A stretch of DNA of 64,000 bases from Pseudobdellovibrionaceae bacterium (GTDB taxonomy: Bacteria; Bdellovibrionota; Bdellovibrionia; Bdellovibrionales; Bdellovibrionaceae). A model generated the notes under the pieces. That model was not told where the DNA came from, made no database searches, and saw only the letters and a list, made by a program, of their open reading frames with translations. The DNA is taken from the NCBI GenBank assembly GCA_039810425.1, contig JBDHWW010000004.1:32001-96000 (forward strand), given 5' to 3'. This document shows, in pieces, positions 51,648-62,592 of the stretch. Both the position numbers and the translations under genes were made by a program. Within the stretch, counting starts at the first letter, position 1. Every line of letters starts with the position of its first letter.

Positions 51648-53753
51648 ATGTCAGCGAAAGATCCCAAAATTGTAGCTGATTTAAAGTACACTCGTAATAT
51701 CGGCATCATGGCTCACATCGATGCCGGTAAGACGACCACCACCGAGCGAATTCTCTACTATACAGGTAAAAGTCATAAAATTGGAGAGGTCCATGATGGC
51801 GCTGCCACAATGGACTGGATGGTTCAGGAGCAAGAACGTGGTATCACGATCACTTCTGCGGCTACGATGTGCTTTTGGAAGGATTATCGAGTTAATATCA
51901 TCGATACACCGGGGCACGTGGATTTTACGATCGAAGTTGAGCGTTCTTTGCGTGTTCTCGATGGTGCAGTGGCTGTATTCGATGGGGTGAATGGGGTTGA
52001 GCCACAGTCTGAAACTGTCTGGCGTCAGGCTGATAAGTACCATGTTCCCCGTATTTGCTTTGTCAATAAAATGGACCGCGTGGGTGCTGACTTTGTGATG
52101 AGTTTAGACTCGATCAAGGGGAAGCTCGGCGCAAATCCAATTGCCGTACAGGTTCCCGTTGGAATCGAAGACTCTTTCCGTGGAGTTGTCGATCTTCTCG
52201 AAAATAAGGCCTATGTCTGGGATACTGGTGGTAAAGATGAAGCCTTCAAAACAATCGATATTCCCGAGGACATGAAGACGGAGGTAGATAAATACCGCGT
52301 AGAAGTCATCGAAAAAATCGTAGAGTTTGAAGATGCTCTTTTAGAGAAATATCTCAACGGGGAAGATGTCTCTGTCTCCGAATTAAAACAAGCTCTCAGG
52401 AAAGGAACTCTTGCTTTGAAAGCAGTTCCTGTCTTCTGTGGTGCTGCCTTCAAAAATAAAGGTGTTCAGCCTTTGTTGGATGGCGTGATTGATTATCTTC
52501 CATCTCCTCTGGATATTCCCGCGATCGAAGGCCATGATCCTGAAAAGCCGGATAAGAAAATCATTTGTAAAACTGACTTTGATGCGCACACAGCGGCCCT
52601 TGCGTTTAAACTTGCAAACGATCCATTCGCGGGCACTCTCACTTATGTGCGCGTGTACTCCGGTGAAATCAAGATCGGTGATCAGCTTTTGAATCCGCGT
52701 ACTGAAAAGAAAGAGCGCATTCAAAAGCTTGTTAAGCTCCATGCAAACTCTCGCGAAGAAATTCAATCCATTAAAGCTGGTGATATCGGGGCTGTTGTTG
52801 GTTTGAAGTTCACTGCGACCGGGGACACTCTTTGCGTGTCTTCTCATCCGGTTGTTTTGGAGTCTATCACTTTCCCTGAGCCGGTTATTTCCGTCGCTAT
52901 CGAAGCGAAGTCTTCGGCAGATCAGGAAAAGATGCTTCAGGGCTTGGCGAAACTCGAGAAGGAGGATCCTTCTTGTAAGCTCAAAACCGACCCAGAGACT
53001 GGACAGATTCTGTTGTCCGGTATGGGTGAGTTGCATTTGGAAATCCTTGTGGATAGGCTTTTGCGTGAATACAAAGTTCAGGCAAACGTAGGTAAACCAC
53101 AGGTTTCCTATCGTGAAACTATCACGTCGGCAACGACTGTTGATTATGTTTACGAGCGCCAATTGGGCGGCGAAGAGCACTTTGCCCAGGTTCGCCTTAA
53201 AATCGAGCCAATTCCATTGGCTGACGGTGTTCAGTTCCTTACGAAGGTTCAGCCGTCTTCGTTGATCCAACCAGGCTACATTAAGTCCGTAGAAAATGGC
53301 TTTAAGGAGTCCGCGGAAGTGGGGCCTCTGGCGAGCTATTCAATGATCGGCATCAAGGGCACTCTTGAGAGTATCGAGGCCCGTCAGGAGTCCTCAAATG
53401 AAATCGCCTTCAAGGCAGCAGCATCCCTGGCTTTCCGTGAGGCTGTTAAAAAGGTTGGGACGGAGCTTTTGGAGCCTATCTTTAAGGTGGAAATTACATG
53501 TCCCGACGATTTCGTGGGCAATGTTGTTGGGGATTTAAACTCTCGCCGTGGAAAAATTCTTTCTATGAACGTAAAGACTGGCGGGGGACAAATCATTTCG
53601 GCCGAGGCGCCGCTTGCGAGTCTATTCGGTTATGCAACCGATATTCGCAGTTTAAGCCAGGGTCGTGCGAGTTTCAGTTCTGAGTTTTTGGCGTACGCAA
53701 TTGTGCCTCAAAAAGTGAAGACTGAAATTTTGACAAAGCTAGGTCGATTTTAG
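51648..53753 (+). CDS. fusA: Elongation factor G (divergent domains IV-V)
   Basis: [34 protein letters not shown]; position in the str operon. Confidence 0.93.
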   Translation: MSAKDPKIVADLKYTRNIGIMAHIDAGKTTTTERILYYTGKSHKIGEVHDGAATMDWMVQEQERGITITSAATMCFWKDYRVNIIDTPGHVDFTIEVERSLRVLDGAVAVFDGVNGVEPQSETVWRQADKYHVPRICFVNKMDRVGADFVMSLDSIKGKLGANPIAVQVPVGIEDSFRGVVDLLENKAYVWDTGGKDEAFKTIDIPEDMKTEVDKYRVEVIEKIVEFEDALLEKYLNGEDVSVSELKQALRKGTLALKAVPVFCGAAFKNKGVQPLLDGVIDYLPSPLDIPAIEGHDPEKPDKKIICKTDFDAHTAALAFKLANDPFAGTLTYVRVYSGEIKIGDQLLNPRTEKKERIQKLVKLHANSREEIQSIKAGDIGAVVGLKFTATGDTLCVSSHPVVLESITFPEPVISVAIEAKSSADQEKMLQGLAKLEKEDPSCKLKTDPETGQILLSGMGELHLEILVDRLLREYKVQANVGKPQVSYRETITSATTVDYVYERQLGGEEHFAQVRLKIEPIPLADGVQFLTKVQPSSLIQPGYIKSVENGFKESAEVGPLASYSMIGIKGTLESIEARQESSNEIAFKAAASLAFREAVKKVGTELLEPIFKVEITCPDDFVGNVVGDLNSRRGKILSMNVKTGGGQIISAEAPLASLFGYATDIRSLSQGRASFSSEFLAYAIVPQKVKTEILTKLGRF

Positions 53754-53775
53754 TTAATTTTTTTTCGATTTGCCT

Positions 53776-53805
53776 TTGACATTATTTGTTTCATCGGTGC
53801 ATACT
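53776..53805 (+). promoter_or_regulatory. Sigma70 promoter of the S10 operon
   Basis: TTGACA-N18-CATACT. Confidence 0.55.
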
Positions 53806-53964
53806 CGCGCACCTGTACACCTAAGTTTACAAAAAACTCTCTGAATCAGGGTATTTCCAGGGCCGCAAAGGCCCACCAGAGGCGGTTTTCGATGGGACGG
53901 AGGTGCGTATGTTAACCAGATTTTACTAGTATTTACGATACTTTAACAAAAAGAAGAGTGTCCT

Positions 53965-54282
53965 ATGCAAAGTCAGAAAATCAGAATTCGGTTGAAGGCT
54001 TTCGACCATAAACTTTTAGACCAATCTACGAAAGAAATCGTAGAAACGGCTCGCCGTACTGGTGCAAAAGTTGCCGGTCCAATTCCCTTGCCAACTCGCA
54101 TTAACCGTTATACAGTCCTGCGCTCGCCGCACGTTGACAAAAAATCACGTGAGCAATTTGAAGTAAGAACGCATAAGCGCATGCTGGATATTTTAGAACC
54201 AACACAGCAAACTGTCGATCAGCTCATGAAACTCGACCTCTCTGCTGGCGTAGATGTTGAAATTAAACTGTCAGCGATCTGA
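53965..54282 (+). CDS. rpsJ: 30S ribosomal protein S10
   Basis: [31 protein letters not shown]. Confidence 0.98.
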   Translation: MQSQKIRIRLKAFDHKLLDQSTKEIVETARRTGAKVAGPIPLPTRINRYTVLRSPHVDKKSREQFEVRTHKRMLDILEPTQQTVDQLMKLDLSAGVDVEIKLSAI

Positions 54283-54294
54283 TAGGAGTAAGTC

Positions 54295-54969
54295 GTGAGC
54301 GAAGCTACAAATACAACAGAAAATACGACCTCTGCGCAAGGACTGAAGCTTAACGGCCTCTTCGCGTTCAAAGAAGGTATGTCTACAATTTTCAATGACC
54401 AAGGTGAAGCTGTTCCGGTAACGGTTCTTCGTTATGAGCCTTGGATTATTTCTCAAATCAAAACAAGTGACAAAGATGGTTACGAAGCTGTTCAGGTTGC
54501 TTGCCAGCCTAAAAAAGCTAAGAACTCAAACAAGTCTGAAAAGGGTCACTTGGCTAAAGCTGGTTTCGAGAACGGTGCTCAGTTCGTAAAAGAACTTCGT
54601 CAAGCTCTCCCTGAGGGGGCAGCTCTTGGTGCGCAAGTTTCTATCGAGAGCCTTTCTAAAGGTGATTTCGTAAAAATCACTTCTAAATCAAAAGGTAAAG
54701 GTTTCGCTGGTTCTGTGAAGCGTTGGAATTTTGCAGGTGGTCCTGCTACCCACGGTTCCCACTTCCACCGTCGTCCGGGTTCTTCTGGTAACAGAACATG
54801 GCCAGGCCGTGTAATGCCAGGTAAGAAGTTCCCAGGTCATTTGGGTAACGAAACAGTAACTGTAAGAAACGTTGAAGTTGTTGAAATCAACACCACGGAA
54901 AACGTTGTTTTGGTAAAAGGACCAGTTCCTGGCGCACGAAACACTCTAGTGAAATTGGTGAGAGAATAG
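54295..54969 (+). CDS. rplC: 50S ribosomal protein L3
   Basis: DGYEAVQ, SKGKGFAG, VKGPVPG. Confidence 0.97.
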   Translation: MSEATNTTENTTSAQGLKLNGLFAFKEGMSTIFNDQGEAVPVTVLRYEPWIISQIKTSDKDGYEAVQVACQPKKAKNSNKSEKGHLAKAGFENGAQFVKELRQALPEGAALGAQVSIESLSKGDFVKITSKSKGKGFAGSVKRWNFAGGPATHGSHFHRRPGSSGNRTWPGRVMPGKKFPGHLGNETVTVRNVEVVEINTTENVVLVKGPVPGARNTLVKLVRE

Positions 54970-54971
54970 TT

Positions 54972-55601
54972 ATGGCAGTAGTTAACGTTCTTAATTGGAA
55001 AAAAGAAAAAGTTGGTCAAGTTGAATTGGCTGCGAATGTTTTCGAAGCTCCTATTAAAAAGGAAGTTTTACACAACGTAGTTCATTGGCAATTGGCTAGT
55101 CGTCGTCAAGGTACTCACATGACTAAAACAAAAGGTCTCGTGAGCGGTGGTGGTAAAAAGCCATTCAAGCAAAAAGGAACTGGTGGAGCTCGTCAAGGTT
55201 CTAGTCGCTCTCCTTTGATGCCTGGTGGCGGTACTATGTTTGGTCCTCAACCACGTAGCTACGCTTATGTGCTTCCTAAAAAAGTACGTCGCTTAGGTCT
55301 CAGCATGGCTCTTTCTCACTTACACAGTGAAGGTAAGCTCTTCGTTGTTGAGAACATGAAGTCTGAAGGTAAAACGAACGAACTCGAAAAGCGTTTGAAG
55401 TCTTTCGGTTTGAATAAAGCCGTTTTGATCGATGCTAATGTTGATGAGAACTTCAGCCGTGCAAGCCGCAACTTAAATGCATTCAAATACTTCCCAGTGG
55501 AAGGTTTGAACGTGTTTGATCTATTGAAATACGATGCTGCTGTTATCACTAAAGACTCAGTAGCAAAAATCATCGACAGATGTTCATTGGAGAATGCGTA
55601 A
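54972..55601 (+). CDS. rplD: 50S ribosomal protein L4
   Basis: RQGTHMTKT, KPFKQKGTGGARQGS. Confidence 0.97.
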   Translation: MAVVNVLNWKKEKVGQVELAANVFEAPIKKEVLHNVVHWQLASRRQGTHMTKTKGLVSGGGKKPFKQKGTGGARQGSSRSPLMPGGGTMFGPQPRSYAYVLPKKVRRLGLSMALSHLHSEGKLFVVENMKSEGKTNELEKRLKSFGLNKAVLIDANVDENFSRASRNLNAFKYFPVEGLNVFDLLKYDAAVITKDSVAKIIDRCSLENA

Positions 55602-55879
55602 TGAAACAAGTCATTAAAGCACCTCTCATTACTGAGAAGAACACATACCACAACGCTGCGGGCGTTTATGTTTTTGAAGTTGATTTGAAATCTTCTAAAA
55701 CAGAAATCAAAGCTGCTGTGGAAAAGAATTTTAAAGTTAAAGTTGATAGCATCAGAACTAGCGTTTGCAGAGGTCACTCTAAAAACACTAAATTTGGCGC
55801 AACAAAGGTTCCTTACTGGAAGAAGGCTTACGTTAGGCTGAATGCTGGTGAGAAAATCGCGTTGTTTGAGGGAGTATAG
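55601..55879 (+). CDS. rplW: 50S ribosomal protein L23
   Basis: PLITEK, KKAYVRL; TAATG coupling with rplD. Confidence 0.96.
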   Translation: MKQVIKAPLITEKNTYHNAAGVYVFEVDLKSSKTEIKAAVEKNFKVKVDSIRTSVCRGHSKNTKFGATKVPYWKKAYVRLNAGEKIALFEGV

Positions 55880-55881
55880 AG

Positions 55882-56700
55882 ATGGGGATCAAGACGTTTA
55901 GCCCACGCTCTGATGGCAGAAGAGGAATGACTGGTTTCGACTTCAAAGAGATCACAAAAACATCTCCAGAGAAATCGCTTACAGCTCCTTTGAGCAAAAA
56001 AGCCGCTCGTAATAACCATGGTCAAATCACCATGAGACATATCGGTGGCGGTCATAAAAGAAAATATCGTTTGATTGATTTCAAACGTGAAAAACTTGAA
56101 GTACCAGCAAAAGTTGTTGCGATCGAGTATGATCCAAACAGAACTTGCCGTATCGCTTTAATTTCATATGCTGACGGGGCAAAGGCTTATATCTTGGCTC
56201 CAATTGGTTTGAATGTTGGTGACACTGTTGTGTCTAGCGATAAAGCGGATATCAAACCAGGGAACTCTTTGACTCTCGGTGCAATTCCTCTCGGTACAAC
56301 TATCCACAACATCGAGTTGCGTCCTGGTAAAGGTGGCCAAATCAGCCGCGGTGCTGGTGCAAGCGCAACTTTGGCGGGTAAAGGCGAGAAGTATTGCCAG
56401 GTCCGTCTTCCATCTGGAGAGTTGAAACAAGTTTTGACTGTTTGTCGCGCTTCAGTTGGTCAAGTGGGCAACACTGATAACGAAAACATATCTTTAGGTA
56501 AGGCTGGTCGCTCTCGTTGGAGGGGTATCCGTCCAGGTGTTCGCGGTATGGCAATGAATCCAGTTGATCATCCTCTCGGTGGTGGTGAAGGCGTGGGTAA
56601 AGGTCATCATCCTGTAACTCCATGGGGCCAACCTTGTAAGGGATACAAGACTAGACATAATAAACGTACTGACTCTTCAATTGTTAAGAGACGCAAGTAG
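55882..56700 (+). CDS. rplB: 50S ribosomal protein L2
   Basis: [23 protein letters not shown]. Confidence 0.98.
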   Translation: MGIKTFSPRSDGRRGMTGFDFKEITKTSPEKSLTAPLSKKAARNNHGQITMRHIGGGHKRKYRLIDFKREKLEVPAKVVAIEYDPNRTCRIALISYADGAKAYILAPIGLNVGDTVVSSDKADIKPGNSLTLGAIPLGTTIHNIELRPGKGGQISRGAGASATLAGKGEKYCQVRLPSGELKQVLTVCRASVGQVGNTDNENISLGKAGRSRWRGIRPGVRGMAMNPVDHPLGGGEGVGKGHHPVTPWGQPCKGYKTRHNKRTDSSIVKRRK

Positions 56701-56710
56701 GGATTAAAAA

Positions 56711-57007
56711 ATGGCACGTTCAACGAAAAAAGGACCGTTCATCGACGATCATTTGCTTAAAAAGATCGACAATGCGATCCAAAAAAACGATAAAAAAGTT
56801 ATTAAAACTTGGTCACGTCGCTCTACCATTCTTCCAGAAGCTTTAGGTCTTACCTTTGCTGTTCATAACGGAAGAAAGTTTGTCCCTGTCTACGTGACAG
56901 AGAACATGATTGGTCACAAGTATGGTGAGTTTGCACCATCTAGAACCTTCCATGGTCACGCAGAGAAAAAAGCAGCTCCAGCAGCAGCTCCTGCGGCGAA
57001 GAAATAA
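56711..57007 (+). CDS. rpsS: 30S ribosomal protein S19
   Basis: [25 protein letters not shown]. Confidence 0.98.
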   Translation: MARSTKKGPFIDDHLLKKIDNAIQKNDKKVIKTWSRRSTILPEALGLTFAVHNGRKFVPVYVTENMIGHKYGEFAPSRTFHGHAEKKAAPAAAPAAKK

Positions 57008-57019
57008 TAAAGGTGATTT

Positions 57020-57352
57020 ATGGAAGTTAAAGCAAGTTTGAAATACGCAAGAGTAGGCGCACAAAAAGCAAGATTGGTTGCTGACGTAGTTCGTGGAAAA
57101 GATGTGAACGAGGCTGTAAAGACTCTCACCTTCTTGAACAAGAAAACTGCTGGCCTCATTAAAAAGCTTATCGAGTCTGCGGTTGCAAATGCTGAATATA
57201 AAAAAGTTATGGACGTAGACAATCTCTACGTTAAGTCAATCTGGGTTGACCAAGGACCTTCTCTGAAAAGATTCCGTCCTCGCGCTCAAGGTCGTGCTTA
57301 TGGTATTCAAAAGAAAACCAGCCATATCAACGTAGTTCTCGAGGAGAAATAG
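57020..57352 (+). CDS. rplV: 50S ribosomal protein L22
   Basis: [18 protein letters not shown]. Confidence 0.98.
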   Translation: MEVKASLKYARVGAQKARLVADVVRGKDVNEAVKTLTFLNKKTAGLIKKLIESAVANAEYKKVMDVDNLYVKSIWVDQGPSLKRFRPRAQGRAYGIQKKTSHINVVLEEK

Positions 57353-57354
57353 TC

Positions 57355-58020
57355 GTGGGACAAAAGGTTAATCCAATTGGACTTAGAGTCGGAGTTATCA
57401 GAACTTGGGATTCTCGTTGGTATGCAAAAGGCCAACAATACTATGAGAACCTCCACGAAGATATTCGTCTCAGAAAATATTTGAAAGCGAAATTGAAGCA
57501 TGCGGGCGTTGCAAAAATCGAAATGGAACGCGCTGCTAAGAAAATTAAGATCATCATCTCTACAGCTCGTCCTGGTGTTGTTATCGGTAAAAAAGGCACA
57601 GGTATCGACGCTCTTAAGGCTGATGTTCAAAAATTAACTCCAAACGAAGTTTTCTTGAGCATTCAAGAAGTTCGCAAGCCAGATTTGGATGCGCAATTGG
57701 TTGCTGAGAGCATCGCACTTCAACTTGAGAAACGTATCTCTTGGAGAAGAGCTTTGAAAAAATCAATTGCCGCTGCAATCAAAGGTGGCGTTAGAGGTAT
57801 TAAAATCCGCGTTTCTGGCCGTCTCGATGGTGCAGAGATCGCTCGTTCTGAGTGGTACAATGAGAAGTCCGTTCCATTGCACACATTGAGAGCGGACATT
57901 GACTACGGTACTGCGGAAGCATTGACTGCTTACGGTATCATCGGTCTTAAAGTATGGATCTATAAAGGCGACGTATTGAGCGCTCGTGAGGTTGAGGAGG
58001 CTGGCCGTGTTAAGTCCTAA
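57355..58020 (+). CDS. rpsC: 30S ribosomal protein S3
   Basis: [22 protein letters not shown]. Confidence 0.98.
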   Translation: MGQKVNPIGLRVGVIRTWDSRWYAKGQQYYENLHEDIRLRKYLKAKLKHAGVAKIEMERAAKKIKIIISTARPGVVIGKKGTGIDALKADVQKLTPNEVFLSIQEVRKPDLDAQLVAESIALQLEKRISWRRALKKSIAAAIKGGVRGIKIRVSGRLDGAEIARSEWYNEKSVPLHTLRADIDYGTAEALTAYGIIGLKVWIYKGDVLSAREVEEAGRVKS

Positions 58021-58414
58021 AAGAGTTAAATGGCGTAAGCAATTCGTAGGTCGCGCAACTGGTTTCGCGGTTCGTGGCGCTAACTTGGATTTCGGAGACT
58101 TTGGTCTTCAAGCAACAGAAGAGCACCGCATGACTGCACGTCAGCTTGAAGCAGCTCGTATTGCTATTTCAAGAAGCGTTAAGCGTGGTGGTAAAATCTG
58201 GTGCCGCGTTTTCCCTAACATCCCTGTAACTAAGAAGCCTGCTGAAACTCGTATGGGTAGTGGTAAAGGTAATCCTGAGTACTGGGTCGCTCGTATCTTG
58301 CCTGGAAAAGTTCTTTTTGAAATGAACGGTGTTACACGTGAGCAGGCGAAAGAAGCCTTTGAACGTGCAGCGCACAAACTTCCATTCAAAACTAGATTCT
58401 TGGCTCGGGAGTAA
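58007..58414 (+). CDS. rplP: 50S ribosomal protein L16
   Basis: GTG start after [16 protein letters not shown]. Confidence 0.97.
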   Translation: MLSPKRVKWRKQFVGRATGFAVRGANLDFGDFGLQATEEHRMTARQLEAARIAISRSVKRGGKIWCRVFPNIPVTKKPAETRMGSGKGNPEYWVARILPGKVLFEMNGVTREQAKEAFERAAHKLPFKTRFLARE

Positions 58415-58419
58415 CAGTC

Positions 58420-58611
58420 ATGAAATTTACTGAAATTAAAGATCTGTCTGTAGCAGAACTTAAAAAGAAAAGAGCAGGTTTGAGCGAAGAGCTCTTTCAA
58501 GCTCGTATTAAAAACACAATTGGCCAACTTTCGAGCCCAATTGAAATCAGAAACCTTCGCCGTGATATTGCTAAAATCAATACGGCTATTGTTAAAAAAG
58601 TAGCTCGGTAA
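58420..58611 (+). CDS. rpmC: 50S ribosomal protein L29
   Basis: RRDIAKINT; synteny. Confidence 0.95.
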   Translation: MKFTEIKDLSVAELKKKRAGLSEELFQARIKNTIGQLSSPIEIRNLRRDIAKINTAIVKKVAR

Positions 58612-58623
58612 TTGAGGAAGACT

Positions 58624-58890
58624 ATGGAACAAAATTCTAGAGGACGTAGAAACGAAGTCGTAGGTGAAGTGATCAGCAACAAGATGGATAAAACTATCTC
58701 TGTTTTGATCTTCAGAATGGTTAAACACAAAAAATACGGTAAGTACGTTAAAAAGACTTCTGTATTCAAGGCTCATGACGAAAAGAATGTTGCGAAAATT
58801 GGCGACGTGGTAAAAATCTACGAAACTCGCCCGTTGAGCAAAACTAAGCGCTGGGCGCTTAGCGAAGTCGTAGAGACGGCAAAAGGCTAA
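58624..58890 (+). CDS. rpsQ: 30S ribosomal protein S17
   Basis: [22 protein letters not shown]. Confidence 0.97.
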   Translation: MEQNSRGRRNEVVGEVISNKMDKTISVLIFRMVKHKKYGKYVKKTSVFKAHDEKNVAKIGDVVKIYETRPLSKTKRWALSEVVETAKG

Positions 58891-58899
58891 GGTGCAGTT

Positions 58900-59268
58900 A
58901 TGATTCAAATGCAGACAAGACTCAACGTAGCTGATAACTCTGGAGCCAAAGAAGTATTTTGTATCAAAGTACTTGGTGGCTCTAAGAGACGGGTAGCTTC
59001 TATCGGAGACATTATCGTTGTCTCTATTAAAGAAGCTCTTCCAAATGCAAAAGTTAAAAAAGGTGATGTGGCTAAGGCAGTTGTTGTTAGAACTGTTCAC
59101 AAGCTGCGCCGTCCAGATGGTTCTTACATCCGTTTTGATGATAACTCTGCCGTTCTCATCAATGCTTCTAAAGAGCCAATCGGGACTCGTATCTTCGGCC
59201 CAGTAGCGAGAGAGTTGAGAGCAAAGCAATTCGTTAAGATTGTTTCTCTAGCTCCAGAAGTTCTCTAA
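58900..59268 (+). CDS. rplN: 50S ribosomal protein L14
   Basis: [26 protein letters not shown]. Confidence 0.98.
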   Translation: MIQMQTRLNVADNSGAKEVFCIKVLGGSKRRVASIGDIIVVSIKEALPNAKVKKGDVAKAVVVRTVHKLRRPDGSYIRFDDNSAVLINASKEPIGTRIFGPVARELRAKQFVKIVSLAPEVL

Positions 59269-59278
59269 GAGGTGTGAT

Positions 59279-59818
59279 GTGAATCGCTTACAATCTAAAT
59301 ACAAAAAAGAAATCGCTCCAGCTTTGATGAAAAAAATGGGCGCTAAGAACGTAATGCAAGTTCCTCGTTTAGAGAAAATTGTATTGAGCGTTTCTTTGAG
59401 TGAAGCCGTTCAAAACCCAAAAATTTTGAACACGGTAGTTGATGAAATCACATCAATCACTGGTCAAAAAGCAGTTATCACTAAAGCTAAGAAAGCTATC
59501 TCTAACTTCAAGTTGAGAGCTGGCATTCCTCTAGGTGTTCGCGTGACATTGAGAAGAGATAGAATGTGGTCATTCATTGATCGTTTGAACACATTGGCTC
59601 TTCCTCGCGTAAGAGACTTCCGTGGTCTTCCGAATAAAGGTTTTGATGGCCGTGGTAACTACAACATGGGCTTGAAAGAGCAAATCGTATTCCCAGAGAT
59701 TAACTACGACCGCGTAGATAAAGTTCGCGGTATGAATATCACTGTTTGTACAACTGCTAAAAACGATGCTGACGGAAAAGCTCTTCTTGAAGCACTCGGC
59801 ATGCCATTCAGAAAATAA
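59279..59818 (+). CDS. rplE: 50S ribosomal protein L5
   Basis: [22 protein letters not shown]. Confidence 0.98.
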   Translation: MNRLQSKYKKEIAPALMKKMGAKNVMQVPRLEKIVLSVSLSEAVQNPKILNTVVDEITSITGQKAVITKAKKAISNFKLRAGIPLGVRVTLRRDRMWSFIDRLNTLALPRVRDFRGLPNKGFDGRGNYNMGLKEQIVFPEINYDRVDKVRGMNITVCTTAKNDADGKALLEALGMPFRK

Positions 59819-59832
59819 AAGGTTGGTGTCAA

Positions 59833-60138
59833 TTGGCTCGTAAAGCAAGTATTGAAAAAAATAATAAGAGAAAAGTTCTCGCTAAAAAGTACTTCAAGCA
59901 TAGAGAAGAGCTTCGCGCTAAGGCTTTAGACATGAAGCTTTCTGATGAAGAAAGAGCAACAGCTCGCAAAAAGTTGCAAGCTTTGCCACGCGATACAAAC
60001 GCTAACCGCGTTGTAACTCGTTGTGAACTTAGCGGCCGTCCACGTGGTAACTATAAAAAGTTTGGTCTTTCAAGACTTGCTTTCAGACAATTGGCCCTTG
60101 ATGGAAAATTGCCTGGTGTAACTAAGGCAAGTTGGTAA
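59833..60138 (+). CDS. rpsN: 30S ribosomal protein S14 (long, Zn-independent C- form)
   Basis: 101 aa; [10 protein letters not shown]...FGLSR lacks the CxxC pairs. Confidence 0.96.
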   Translation: MARKASIEKNNKRKVLAKKYFKHREELRAKALDMKLSDEERATARKKLQALPRDTNANRVVTRCELSGRPRGNYKKFGLSRLAFRQLALDGKLPGVTKASW

Positions 60139-60148
60139 GAGGAATATA

Positions 60149-60538
60149 ATGGATACAATTGCACAATTTCTTACAGTAATTCGTAATGCAGGAACGGCTC
60201 AACACGAGAAAGTTGATTTGCCGGCTTCTAAAGTAAGAGCTGGTATCGCTCAAATCTTGGCTAACGAAGGCTACATCCGTAGCTTCAAAGTAGCTAAAGA
60301 TTCTAAGCAAGGTATCATGCGCGTTTACTTGAAATATTCTGAAGATGGTCAACACGCGATCACTTCAATTGATAAAGTTAGTACTCCAGGTCGTCGCTTG
60401 TATGTAAAAGCAACTCAGATTCCAAAAGTAAGATCTGGTCTTGGCATGTGCATTTTGAGCACTAGCAAAGGAATCATGAGTGACAAGCAAGCTGCTGAGA
60501 AAAATCTCGGCGGTGAACTTCTTTGCACTGTTTGGTAG
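60149..60538 (+). CDS. rpsH: 30S ribosomal protein S8
   Basis: EGYI, STPGRRLY, STSKG, GGELL. Confidence 0.97.
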   Translation: MDTIAQFLTVIRNAGTAQHEKVDLPASKVRAGIAQILANEGYIRSFKVAKDSKQGIMRVYLKYSEDGQHAITSIDKVSTPGRRLYVKATQIPKVRSGLGMCILSTSKGIMSDKQAAEKNLGGELLCTVW

Positions 60539-60545
60539 GTGAAAT

Positions 60546-61088
60546 ATGTCTCGTATTGGTAAGGCCCCAGTCATTTTTGACGATAAAGTTCAAGTGAGTA
60601 TCACTCCAAAAAATGAAGTGATCATCAAAGGCGCGAAAGCTTCTTTGAACATCGCTATGCAGCCACAAGTATCTGCAAAGCTCGAGGATAAAAAAGTTGT
60701 TTTGACTCGCGTTGATGACACAAAAGAAGCAAAGGCTCTTCATGGCTTGTACAGAGCGCTTATCCAGAACGCTGTGATTGGTGTTACTAAAGGTTTCACG
60801 AGATCTTTGGAGCTTCACGGGGTTGGTTACCGCGCGAATGTTGCTGGTAAGAAGTTGGAGCTCTCTTTGGGTTTCAGCCATCCTGTGATCTTCGACATTC
60901 CAGAAGGTATTGAAATTAAAGTAGATAAGCAAACGACTATCAACATCACTGGTGCAAGCAAAGAGCTCGTTGGCCAAGTAGCTGCTAAAGTTCGAGGCTT
61001 CCGTCCACCAGAACCTTACTTGGGTAAGGGCGTTCGTTATGTTGGTGAACATATCAGACGTAAAGCTGGTAAATCTGCTGGTAAATAA
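60546..61088 (+). CDS. rplF: 50S ribosomal protein L6
   Basis: MSRIGK, GVGYRA, RPPEPYLGKG. Confidence 0.98.
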   Translation: MSRIGKAPVIFDDKVQVSITPKNEVIIKGAKASLNIAMQPQVSAKLEDKKVVLTRVDDTKEAKALHGLYRALIQNAVIGVTKGFTRSLELHGVGYRANVAGKKLELSLGFSHPVIFDIPEGIEIKVDKQTTINITGASKELVGQVAAKVRGFRPPEPYLGKGVRYVGEHIRRKAGKSAGK

Positions 61089-61100
61089 TTGAGGTGAGTT

Positions 61101-61472
61101 ATGATGAAGTTAAAGATGAGCAAACACACTAGTGAACGCAAACAAAACCGCCTCACTAAAAAAATCAGAATCAGAAAAACAGTTCACGGAACTGAAGAGC
61201 GTCCACGTTTGTGCGTTTTCAGAAGCGGTAAGCATATGTACGCGCAAATCGTTAACGATGTGAATGGCCACACAATCGCAGCAGCTTCTTCTGTTAGCAT
61301 CGATACCAAGAACTCTGGTAAAGATCTCGCTAAAGAAGTGGGCATGGCGGTAGCTAAAGTAGCTTTGGCTAAGAACATCAAGAGTGTCGTTTTTGATAGA
61401 AACGGCTATTTGTATCATGGTCGAGTTAAGTCTCTTGCAGAAGGCGCGCGTGAGGGCGGCCTCAATTTCTAA
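61101..61472 (+). CDS. rplR: 50S ribosomal protein L18
   Basis: RPRLCVFRS, FDRNGYLYHGRV. Confidence 0.97.
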   Translation: MMKLKMSKHTSERKQNRLTKKIRIRKTVHGTEERPRLCVFRSGKHMYAQIVNDVNGHTIAAASSVSIDTKNSGKDLAKEVGMAVAKVALAKNIKSVVFDRNGYLYHGRVKSLAEGAREGGLNF

Positions 61473-61482
61473 GGAGTAAATT

Positions 61483-61941
61483 GTGGAGAAAGTTCAAACA
61501 GCAGCTGAATTCGAAGAGCGCGTAGTAGCCATCAACCGCGTAACAAAGGTTGTTAAGGGCGGTCGTCGTTTCTCTTTCGCAGCACTTGTAGTTGTAGGTA
61601 ATGGCACAGGCGATATCGGATTTGGTTCTGGTAAGGCCGGTGAGGTTCCAGAAGCTATCGGTAAAGCAAGCCGCGCAGCTAAAAAGAATTCTAAATCTAT
61701 CTCTTTGAAAGAGGGCACAATCCCTCACGAAGTTATTGGTAAATTTGGCGCTGCTAAAGTTATTATGAAACCAGCTGCTCCTGGTACTGGCGTAATTGCT
61801 GGTGGTGCAGTGCGGGCAGTTCTTGAGTCGGTCGGTGTTAAAGATATCCTTACTAAATGTGTTGGTACCCGTAACCCGCACAATGCGGTAAGAGCTACCA
61901 TCGATGGCTTGAACCAACTGAAACAGTCCAAGCAGATCTAA
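61483..61941 (+). CDS. rpsE: 30S ribosomal protein S5
   Basis: [22 protein letters not shown]. Confidence 0.97.
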   Translation: MEKVQTAAEFEERVVAINRVTKVVKGGRRFSFAALVVVGNGTGDIGFGSGKAGEVPEAIGKASRAAKKNSKSISLKEGTIPHEVIGKFGAAKVIMKPAAPGTGVIAGGAVRAVLESVGVKDILTKCVGTRNPHNAVRATIDGLNQLKQSKQI

Positions 61942-61966
61942 TTTCTGCAAAACGTGTAGGTAGAAA

Positions 61967-62152
61967 ATGGCAAAGACATTTGTTGTAACATTAAAAAAAT
62001 CTCTCATTGGCACGACTCAAGACCAAAAAGACACAGTAAGATGTCTAGGTCTTAAGAAGATCCGTCAGAGTGCTGAAGTAAAAGATACGCCGGCTAATCG
62101 TGGCCAAATCATGAAAGTTCAGCACCTCATCACTGTGGATGTTAAGGGGTAA
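61967..62152 (+). CDS. rpmD: 50S ribosomal protein L30
   Basis: [15 protein letters not shown]; synteny. Confidence 0.95.
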   Translation: MAKTFVVTLKKSLIGTTQDQKDTVRCLGLKKIRQSAEVKDTPANRGQIMKVQHLITVDVKG

Positions 62153-62154
62153 TT

Positions 62155-62592
62155 ATGAGTCTCTTGAAAACACTGGCTCCAAAAGAAGGTTCTAAACACT
62201 ATCCAAAAAGAATCGGCCGCGGTATTGGCTCTGGTATGGGTGGCACTGCTACAAAGGGTCATAAGGGTCAACTCGCTCGTACTGGTGGTACTGTTCGCCG
62301 CGGTTTCGAGGGTGGTCAGACTCCTATGCACAGAAGACTTCCTAAGTTCGGTTTTAGCAATGTCGCATTCGCAACTGAATATGACGTTGTAAATCTCAGC
62401 CAATTGGCTAAACTTTCTGGCGAAGTAACTCCTGAAACTCTTCACCAGGTTGGTCTTGTTGGTAAGGGCTTGGTTAAAGTTCTCGGCAACGGCGAGCTTA
62501 AAAAAGCTTTGACTGTTAAAGCTCACAAGTTCAGCGACAGCGCAAAAAAAGCGATCGAAGCTGCTGGTGGCAAAGTAGAGGTAATTAAATAG
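62155..62592 (+). CDS. rplO: 50S ribosomal protein L15
   Basis: [23 protein letters not shown]. Confidence 0.98.
   Translation: MSLLKTLAPKEGSKHYPKRIGRGIGSGMGGTATKGHKGQLARTGGTVRRGFEGGQTPMHRRLPKFGFSNVAFATEYDVVNLSQLAKLSGEVTPETLHQVGLVGKGLVKVLGNGELKKALTVKAHKFSDSAKKAIEAAGGKVEVIK

Noticed and set aside
58141..59229. 362-aa antisense ORF over rplP-rplN, and similar long antisense ORFs (7112-7822, 26941-27762, 32200-33168, 52383-53270)
   Set aside because: Shadow frames of strongly biased genes, with no motifs or RBS
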